Positions 56,975 to 64,000 of a DNA stretch of 64,000 nucleotides are shown here, in pieces. Below the pieces are notes generated by a model. The model saw only the letters and a program-made list of their open reading frames with translations. It was not told where the DNA came from and ran no database searches. Every line of letters begins with the position of its first letter. Positions within the stretch are counted from its first letter, which is position 1. The DNA is from Candidatus Latescibacterota bacterium. GTDB taxonomy: Bacteria > Latescibacterota > UBA2968 > UBA8231. Location of the stretch: the NCBI GenBank assembly GCA_965203175.1, contig OZ241867.1, positions 1,440,001 through 1,504,000 of the forward strand, written 5' to 3'. The position numbers and the translations under genes are program-made.

Positions 56975-57859
56975 TCAGCGCGCGAACCAGCGAATCGGGT
57001 GGCGTCGCGTTCCATCGGCAAAGGCGAGCGAATAGGGGTCGCACTGTCGATAGACGACCGCTCCGTCGGTGCGCAGCACCAGCCAGCCAAAGTCCCAGCC
57101 CTTGCTCTGGTAGAGCATGGGAATACTCGGCCGGACGCGAATGACCGGATGCGATCCGGCAATAAAGAGTTGTTGCTCGACATAGTAATAGCCCGAGCCG
57201 GTCTCGACGAAAACCTCGTGGGTTAGATCATCCCCTTCTCCGGTCAGGTCCGCGCACAAACCGCCAATGCCGACCTTGATGGCCGCGCCGTCGCCAAAGG
57301 CGGAGGCGAGGGCGTCGATCGAGCCGGAGAGGATGTGACCGTGGGCGTCGTGGTGCAGCACTTCCTCCCACGTGTCGGCGACGTAAAACTTATAAATGTC
57401 AAAGTCGTAAATGAAATTGTGGCTGGGGGCGTTGGTCGCTGGGTCATGGCTGTCGAGCAAGTGGTACTTGGGCATGGGGTGCGGTCCCCCCTCGGGTGCG
57501 GGCACGGTCTTTTGCCCGTCGAGGTGGGGACGGCCTAGGGCTTGGTGGCCGTCTTGATTGTAGAGGAAGAACGACATCGAAGGCCGCGGCCCAAATCCGT
57601 CGGGCAAGGACACGGGCTGGCGCAGGCTCATCAGGCCGGCGGCCCAGCGGTCTTCGACCAGATACGTCACGGCAAACTCGGCCACCTCATGCACCTTCTC
57701 GTCGCTGGAGGAGCGCACATCGATGTGCTCGTTGTGGCGAAATTCAGTGTAGATGCGCAGGTCTGCGCCACGGCGGATAGCGCGGACTAAAGCTTCTTGG
57801 CTACCGGCGACGATCTCGCGCGACGAATCTAGTATTAAGGGACAGGTCCAGGAGGGCAT
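56975..57859 (-). CDS. Hypothetical protein with two internal repeat domains
   Basis: Good codon bias; the two halves are homologous to each other. Confidence 0.7.
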   Translation of the reverse strand: MPSWTCPLILDSSREIVAGSQEALVRAIRRGADLRIYTEFRHNEHIDVRSSSDEKVHEVAEFAVTYLVEDRWAAGLMSLRQPVSLPDGFGPRPSMSFFLYNQDGHQALGRPHLDGQKTVPAPEGGPHPMPKYHLLDSHDPATNAPSHNFIYDFDIYKFYVADTWEEVLHHDAHGHILSGSIDALASAFGDGAAIKVGIGGLCADLTGEGDDLTHEVFVETGSGYYYVEQQLFIAGSHPVIRVRPSIPMLYQSKGWDFGWLVLRTDGAVVYRQCDPYSLAFADGTRRHPIRWFAR

Positions 57860-57863
57860 AGCG

Positions 57864-58022
57864 CTATTCCTTACTACCGCCGCTGACCAGTCGGATCAAT
57901 GTGCGGGCGGTAAAGTTATTGCCAATGAAAAGAGCGCGGGTGATATTGGCCATAGTCGGTCCTCAATGTGGGTTGCGGTGCATCTTGCTCAACATATACA
58001 CCGCTTTGCCCCGCGCCAAGTT
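57864..58022 (-). pseudogene. Degenerate copy of the SGNH gene 5' end plus its upstream region
   Basis: Aligns to about 55180..55340; encodes MANITRALFIGNNFTARTLIRLVSGGSKE* (57953..57864). Confidence 0.85.
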
Positions 58023-58118
58023 GGAAATTAGCCTTGCACACCGTACCTACTCAGGGCATTTTGTCGATAAAGGCTCCTGCAAACAATCTTCCAACCATCC
58101 ATCATAGGGAGAACAGCC

Positions 58119-59000
58119 ATGATTGAACACGCCAACACCTCGCGCTCAATCACCGCAGAAACGGTGGAAATGTCCGCCGATGAGAAGTACCTCTTCGACC
58201 TGCTCGGATTTTTGATCGTGCGGGACGTGCTCAGCGAGGAACACCTGAAGCTAGCCAACGAAGCTATCGACTCGATGGAGCTCACACCGAGCCCGGAGTA
58301 CTTTGGCGACTCCGTTGCTTTGAAGGGTGAGAACACCTCGACACGCCTCGGCAACAGCGAGGGCTTTTTGGAATTGCCGCGGCCGTTCTGCGAGCCCTTC
58401 AGAGAAATGCTGGCGCATCCCAAAACCATCCCCCACCTCAACACGATCCTCGGGGAAGGATGGCGGCTCGACCACGGTCCTGGTCTGATCGCGATGGACA
58501 AGGGATGTTCTGGCGGTATGTTGCACGGCAATTTCGACAACGCCCCCTATTTCTACCGCGAGGGTAAGATCTTCACCGGCCTCTGCGTCATCGAATACCT
58601 GCTCGCCGATGAAGGGCCGGGCGACGGCGGCATCAGCGTCATTGCCGGCAGCCACAAGGCCAACGTGACCTGTCCGGCCAAGATGCTCAGATGGGAACAG
58701 TACCAGGAATACGTGACCGAGATAAACGCCAAAGCGGGCGACGCCGTCATCTTCAGCGAGGCGTGCACCCACGGCACCCTCCCGTGGAATGCCGACCACC
58801 AGCGCCGCGCCATCCTCTACAAGTACAACACCGGTCACATGGCATGGGGCGGAGGCGGAGTGCGCGGCCGGCGGCCGTCCTACTGGGACGAGCTTACCGC
58901 TCCCCAGCAGGCAGCTCTGCTCTTGCCCTCACATCATTCCCGCAGACCCAAGCCGAGCAACGACTACGCAGGACTCGCCGAGGTGGTCGATTCGGTGTGA
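58119..59000 (+). CDS. PhyH-family dioxygenase, HGN variant
   Basis: EKYLFDLLGF, LHGN, GGISVIAGSHKAN and THGTLPW..RR motifs. Confidence 0.85.
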   Translation: MIEHANTSRSITAETVEMSADEKYLFDLLGFLIVRDVLSEEHLKLANEAIDSMELTPSPEYFGDSVALKGENTSTRLGNSEGFLELPRPFCEPFREMLAHPKTIPHLNTILGEGWRLDHGPGLIAMDKGCSGGMLHGNFDNAPYFYREGKIFTGLCVIEYLLADEGPGDGGISVIAGSHKANVTCPAKMLRWEQYQEYVTEINAKAGDAVIFSEACTHGTLPWNADHQRRAILYKYNTGHMAWGGGGVRGRRPSYWDELTAPQQAALLLPSHHSRRPKPSNDYAGLAEVVDSV

Positions 59001-59011
59001 GGTAACTACTT

Positions 59012-60190
59012 CTAAGGCAGGGCTTCGAGGAGACGATCGATATCCTCGTGGTTGTTGTACACTGAAGGTGAGAGGCGCATCTTGTTGCCGAAACGCATCG
59101 CTATATGAACATTAGCACTTCTGCAACTGGCCAGGGCAGCTTCGGGGTGCGGCGCTACGAAGGAAAGTATGGGGCTTTCGTTCCCCTGCGGCGTGATCGA
59201 TTGGTACCCCCGCTTCGGCAGTTCCTCCTGCAGGCGATCGGTCAGATCTCTCGCGTGGTTGCGGATTCTATCGACTCCAAGGCGCAGGATGTACTGCAAG
59301 CTCTCTTGGGCGCACACGACTCCTTCGTACGAGGGGTAACTGACCTCGTAGGCACCGACTCCGGTCGGGGATGAAAACGATATATCCTCACTGGCCGAAT
59401 CGGGCTCTTCTACCCAGGGGCGATAGTTGAGTCTCACACCACCCGTGGGTTGAGACGGTTTGAGCACGTCGAGCTGCAAATCAGAACGAACGTACAAAAA
59501 CCCGAACCCCTTGACGCCCATCAGCCACTTAAATGTCGAACAAGCCGCAAAGTCGATGCCCATCGCCTTGACGTCGATCGGAACGCCGCCCGCGGCCTGC
59601 ATAATATCGACATACAGATATGCGCCGTTGTCGTGAGCTAGCTTGCTCAGCGCCGCGACATCTGCGACATACCCATTGACGTTTGACACCAGTGCCACTG
59701 AAATCAGCCGGGTGTTGCCATCGACCGCGTCTTCCATGGCGGCCATGTCGATTTGCCAGTTGCGATGTGTCGCCAATACTGGCGACAGACTGCTCTTGAC
59801 GATCCGCACGTCGAGACCTTGCTGCTCGCGAAACTTGTAGTTGGATATGCAAGGGCTAAAGTTCAGGTCCGATATCACCACATTGCCGCCAGCCAGATGA
59901 TCCCGCAAGCCGTTGAGGATATTGCTCTCCGATTCCACCGTGCTGCGCGCAAAGGCGATTTCACCGGGGTCGGCGTTGATGAGCTGGGCAAATAGGGCCT
60001 TGGCTTGGTCGCGCGGCGGTGCCCAAGCCGGCCACCACGGCTCCCCTACCTCGTTGGCGACCCAATCGACGTACCGGTGCAGGGCCGTGGCCGAGTGCAC
60101 ACTGATCGGATGCGACGAGGCGTTGTCGAAGTACGCCATGGTCCGCGCGCGCGGGAAGTCTTCGCGCACTCTCTCGAAAAGATCTGTCAT
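59012..60190 (-). CDS. Class V PLP aminotransferase / cysteine-desulfurase-like enzyme
   Basis: YFDNAS, VDIMQAAG, STFKWLMG (PLP Lys) and RLSPSVYN motifs. Confidence 0.9.
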   Translation of the reverse strand: MTDLFERVREDFPRARTMAYFDNASSHPISVHSATALHRYVDWVANEVGEPWWPAWAPPRDQAKALFAQLINADPGEIAFARSTVESESNILNGLRDHLAGGNVVISDLNFSPCISNYKFREQQGLDVRIVKSSLSPVLATHRNWQIDMAAMEDAVDGNTRLISVALVSNVNGYVADVAALSKLAHDNGAYLYVDIMQAAGGVPIDVKAMGIDFAACSTFKWLMGVKGFGFLYVRSDLQLDVLKPSQPTGGVRLNYRPWVEEPDSASEDISFSSPTGVGAYEVSYPSYEGVVCAQESLQYILRLGVDRIRNHARDLTDRLQEELPKRGYQSITPQGNESPILSFVAPHPEAALASCRSANVHIAMRFGNKMRLSPSVYNNHEDIDRLLEALP

Positions 60191-60260
60191 ACTCGGCTCT
60201 CCTCGTATAAAACCTGCATTATACTCAAATGTTGTTTTTGACCACCACCGTCTGCGGCAA

Positions 60261-60851
60261 CTACAGATCCTTGTACCAAGTCAGTTGCACCTCGTCTAGG
60301 CCCTCGGTACGGTAGGCGTAGAGATGGACATGACCGAGTTTGGCACCCATGCGAGCGTAGAAGCGACAAGCGGGGACGTTGATATTTTGGGTTTCGATCT
60401 TGAGTTGGGTGCAACCCCGCTGCTTGGCGCAGGTCTCGGCGCGTTGGAAGAGCGTCCTGCCCACGCCACGTCCTTGATATTCGGGCCGCACGCGGATGTC
60501 CCAGAGACCGGCTAAGTCTTCGCGCCCTTCGCAGTAGTCTAAGCCCTCGCCGTGAAAGGCGACAATGGCCCCGCCGATGCGCTCTTGTTCCCTGTATGCG
60601 GCGAGGACAATCCACCGCGAGAGGTCCCATGTTCTCCGGGTCCAGCGCTCGGGGCCGCCGGAGTGATCGTAGTTTTTGATATAGGGCGGATCGATGGGTT
60701 CTTCGACCAGCCGAATTCCCTCCAAGCCATTGTCGGAGAGTTCGATGCGCAAGCGACTTCTTACTTCAAGCGCGATGGGCACTTGGCCGTATTCGAATAG
60801 GACGTCGATGCTTTCTTCTTGGATGCGAAAATTTATCGGTGTCCTCGACAT
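60261..60851 (-). CDS. GNAT acetyltransferase (streptothricin acetyltransferase-like)
   Basis: DIRVRPEYQGRGVG and IETQNINVPACRFY motifs; TAATG coupling to the upstream gene. Confidence 0.88.
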   Translation of the reverse strand: MSRTPINFRIQEESIDVLFEYGQVPIALEVRSRLRIELSDNGLEGIRLVEEPIDPPYIKNYDHSGGPERWTRRTWDLSRWIVLAAYREQERIGGAIVAFHGEGLDYCEGREDLAGLWDIRVRPEYQGRGVGRTLFQRAETCAKQRGCTQLKIETQNINVPACRFYARMGAKLGHVHLYAYRTEGLDEVQLTWYKDL

Positions 60852-61771
60852 TAGGAGGCGCTCTTGCCCAAGGTGCTGCACATCGATCCGACGACCACCA
60901 GTATGGTGCCGCCGATGGCGGGTTTGTTGAGGGGTTCCATGGGGACTAGGTTGGGGTCGAAGAGGGCTAGCAGGCCCATCACGGCCATCGTGACCAGAGG
61001 AGTCAGCGAGACTAGCGCGCCCATGCGCGAAGCCTCCATCCGCTTGAGCGATTCGGCGAAGCTGAGATAGGAGATGAGGGTGAAGACGACCGAGCAGGCC
61101 AAGAGCAAGCAGGGAATGGCCGGCAGGTCGAATATGCGGCTCGGCTGGGCCAAGGGCAGGAAGAGCATCGTGCCAAACCAATAGACTAAGGCCATAATCG
61201 AGGTCGAGGGCAGATGCCGCAGCAGGGGTTTTTGCGCCAGCATGAAAACTCCCCAGAGGATGGCCGAGGCAAAGACGAGCCACACGCCGATGCCGTAGTT
61301 TTCCAACACGAAGAGCAGCTCGGAAAAGCGCTGATTAAAAAAGAGTCCCATGCCCACGATCAGCACACCGAGGCCGACCCACTGCAGACGACTAAAGGCT
61401 TCTTTGAAGAAGATCAACCCGCCCAAGAGCACAATTATTGGCGAAAACTGCATCACGATCTGAGCCGAACCAGGCGAGATGCGGCTCAGCCCCATCAGAT
61501 ACGTCAGGTAATTGCCGCCGAGACCGAGGACGCAAACCACTGCTAGAACCGAAGCTGCGCCGCGAATCCGAAAAGGAGACGCGAGCCCGTAGCGAAAGTG
61601 GATGACGGGAATCAGCATAGCCCCCGCGAGCAGAAAGCGGTACCAGGTAACCGTAAAGGGGTCCAACGATTGCAACAACAGCTTGAGCACCACGGGCAGG
61701 GCACCCCACAGCAGCAGGGTGATAGCGGCGAGGGTCAGCCCCAGCGATCGACGCTCAATCCGGTCGCTCAC
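60851..61771 (-). CDS. DMT/EamA transporter
   Basis: About 10 TM segments; WG..P, WYRF and FFKE motifs. Confidence 0.9.
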   Translation of the reverse strand: MSDRIERRSLGLTLAAITLLLWGALPVVLKLLLQSLDPFTVTWYRFLLAGAMLIPVIHFRYGLASPFRIRGAASVLAVVCVLGLGGNYLTYLMGLSRISPGSAQIVMQFSPIIVLLGGLIFFKEAFSRLQWVGLGVLIVGMGLFFNQRFSELLFVLENYGIGVWLVFASAILWGVFMLAQKPLLRHLPSTSIMALVYWFGTMLFLPLAQPSRIFDLPAIPCLLLACSVVFTLISYLSFAESLKRMEASRMGALVSLTPLVTMAVMGLLALFDPNLVPMEPLNKPAIGGTILVVVGSMCSTLGKSAS

Positions 61772-61776
61772 AGTTG

Positions 61777-62910
61777 CTAAGACGCCCTCAGCCTCTCGAC
61801 GACCCCTTCATCCACCTCAATCCCCAACCCCGGTCCAGTCGGCACGCGCCCAAAGCTGTCCTCTTGGTCAAACGGCACTGCGCATAGTTCTTGGCGGATG
61901 GCGCTCGGCGTGCGGTCGAATTCCATCACCGGCTCCTGCATATAGGGCTGGACGTTGCGCGCTGGTGGGCAGGGCGGCAAGGTGGCGGCAAGGTGCAACG
62001 TGGCGGCGATCATGACGGGCGATCCCCAGACGTGGGGGTTGATCTGAACGCCGCAGGCGTTGGCCATGGCGCAGATGCGCTGCATTTCAGTGATGCCGCC
62101 GCAGTGCATGATGTCGGGCTGGACGATATCGTACGCGCGGCGCGTCAGGTAGGGCTTGAATTCATAGCGGGTGCGCAGGTTTTCGCCGCCGGCAATGGCC
62201 ATGGGCAGCGCGGCTTTGACTTCCAGATAGGCGTCCAAGTCTTGGGCGTTGACCGGCTCTTCAAACCACACCAGATCCAGATCGGCCAGCTTCTGGCCAA
62301 TGCGAATCGCCGTGGTGGCGTTGTAGGCTTCGTTGGCATCGACCATGAGATGAATGTCCGGGCCGATGGCATCGCGCAGGGCGCGGACGCGCGCGACATC
62401 CTCGGCGATGGACAGCCCCCCGACCTTGGTCTTCATTCCCTTGAAGCCTGCGGTCACATAGCCCCGCGCCTCGTCGAGCAGGCGGTCGGGAAACTCGCCT
62501 TCGGTATAGTAGAGGCCGGTGGCATAGACGGCAACTTTATCGCGGACCTTGCCGCCGAGGAGCGCGCAGACCGGGAGGCTGGTGGCTTTGCCTGCGAGAT
62601 CCCAAAGGGCGATGTCGAGCGCGGAAAGGGCGCTGCCGGCTAGGCCGACTGCGTTGTTGCCGTTGTAGAGAGCGTGAAACATGCGCTCCCACAGCCCCGC
62701 GCGATCCATGGGGTCTTGGCCGATGAGCAGCGGAGCGAGCAAGCCGTCGATGAGACCGGCGGCCGCGCCTTCGCCCCAGCCGATGAGGCCGTCGTCCGTG
62801 GTGACTTTAACGAGCGTGGTGCTGCGCTGGTCGAGCCAGCCTTGGGACCAGCCAAAGGGCTGCTCAAGGGGGCAGGCGAGGTCGAAGGTTTCGATGGCGG
62901 CGATTTTCAT
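61777..62910 (-). CDS. Mandelate racemase/muconate lactonizing enzyme family
   Basis: KTK, MVDAN, WFEEP, GGEN, QPD and PTGPGLG motifs. Confidence 0.92.
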   Translation of the reverse strand: MKIAAIETFDLACPLEQPFGWSQGWLDQRSTTLVKVTTDDGLIGWGEGAAAGLIDGLLAPLLIGQDPMDRAGLWERMFHALYNGNNAVGLAGSALSALDIALWDLAGKATSLPVCALLGGKVRDKVAVYATGLYYTEGEFPDRLLDEARGYVTAGFKGMKTKVGGLSIAEDVARVRALRDAIGPDIHLMVDANEAYNATTAIRIGQKLADLDLVWFEEPVNAQDLDAYLEVKAALPMAIAGGENLRTRYEFKPYLTRRAYDIVQPDIMHCGGITEMQRICAMANACGVQINPHVWGSPVMIAATLHLAATLPPCPPARNVQPYMQEPVMEFDRTPSAIRQELCAVPFDQEDSFGRVPTGPGLGIEVDEGVVERLRAS

Positions 62911-62924
62911 ATAAGTCCTTGAGG

Positions 62925-62953
62925 TTGACAGTTGTGGGGGGTGAATATAGGGT
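62925..62953 (+). promoter_or_regulatory. Possible sigma70 promoter
   Basis: TTGACA-17 nt-TAGGGT upstream of AAGGAG and ATG 62983. Confidence 0.45.
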
Positions 62954-62982
62954 ATGCAAGTTTGCGGATAAAGGAGACCGAC

Positions 62983-64000
62983 ATGAAAATCACCGAGGTG
63001 AAATTGCTAGTGTTGGAAGACCCAAGCAGCAAGGGGCGCGGCGGTCACAGTATCGCGCGGGTAGAAGGGTTGCGGAGGATCCAATACACGCACCAGGGAA
63101 GGCCAAACCAGGAATTGCGCCCGGCGCGGCAGAGCTTTTTGGAAGTCCATACGGACGAGGGAATCGTCGGACGCAGCGACACATCGATGACGCCCTATCA
63201 GGCCGACATCGTGCGGTATCACGCGATGGGACGGAGCCCGTGGGAGCGCGAGGGGTTGTTTCAGCAGTTTTGGAAGGGGACCCGATGGGTGTACCAGCCC
63301 CCAGGGTGGTTTGGGGCGTTCGATAACTGTCTGTGGGACATTTTGGGCAAGGCCGCGGGCTTGCCAGTCTATGCGTTAGTGGGGCGTGTGCGGCCGCGAC
63401 TGCCCGCGTATCTGACCGGTGGGGATACGGACATAGAGGGATATCTCAGCGCTATAGAACTCGGCAAGGAAATGGGCATTGGGGCGTACAAGTTTCACAC
63501 GTACAAAGGAGGAAAGGCCGATATCCCCATTTACAGAGCCGTGCGCGACGCCGTAGGACCGGACTACGAGTTGATCACCGATCCAGTGTGTTCCTATGAC
63601 TTGCGCGAGGCCATTGAAGTGGGCGCGTGCTAGAAGAACTGGATTTTGTGTGGTTGGAAGAGCCGATGCACGAGCAGAAAATGAATCAATATCAGGAACT
63701 GTGCCGAGCGTTGACCATTCCGGTGATGGGCACCGAGATGCTGATGCACGACATCGACCTGACGGCGCAATGGCTGATCCAAGGAGCGACCGATCGCCTG
63801 CGAGGCAATGCCCGGCACGGGACGACTCAGGTGCTGAAGCTGGCGCATCTGGCCGAGTTGCACGGAGCGAATATCGAACTGAATGGCAGCGGGGCATTGG
63901 ATGGGCTGGTACACGCGCACTTGGGCTGCTGTATCGACAACACGGATTTCTACGAGTTTTTCGGGGCAACGGCCGACAGCCTGCGGCAGACCGGGGCGCA
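62983..64000 (+). pseudogene. Mandelate racemase-family gene with a frameshift near 63624 (runs off window)
   Basis: Frame ends EVGAC*; another frame continues VLEELDFVWLEEPM...GTE...ELNG. One base appears to be missing in GGC-CGC. Confidence 0.8.

Noticed and set aside
1-64000. CRISPR array, integron attC array, rRNA or tRNA
   Set aside because: No regularly spaced nucleotide repeats or recognisable RNA gene seen; the periodicity present is at protein level (TPR, FG-GAP, LRR).

Overview
GC-rich bacterial window with no rRNA, tRNA, CRISPR array or transposase seen. The gene content (8 PhyH-type Fe/2OG dioxygenases, 5 FG-GAP/ASPIC-UnbV proteins, DUF6785-like membrane proteins, FlgD-Ig tails, WGxI/LK tails) suggests a Candidatus Latescibacterota/Poribacteria-like organism; this is inference only. 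The centre (about 14.4-50.3 kb) is a cell-envelope island. Its core is a co-directional minus-strand block at 25.7-46.1 kb. That block encodes two adjacent ~950-aa paralogs of unknown family with beta-barrel-like C-termini, two of three paralogous secreted proteins with a TPNGDGVN(D/E)/FlgD-Ig tail (the third is at 47.7-50.3 kb), a double-parvulin chaperone, a GT-C-like membrane protein, two 24-aa-repeat solenoids and a CBM9-like protein with its own promoter and terminator. This is my best candidate for an undescribed secretion or surface-assembly system. The flanks hold small catabolic genes, a nested and decayed toxin-antitoxin locus, two duplicated gene fragments, a putative 77-bp MITE, an in-frame palindromic insertion and a frameshifted enolase-family gene. 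All family assignments are from motif recognition by eye; no database search was run.
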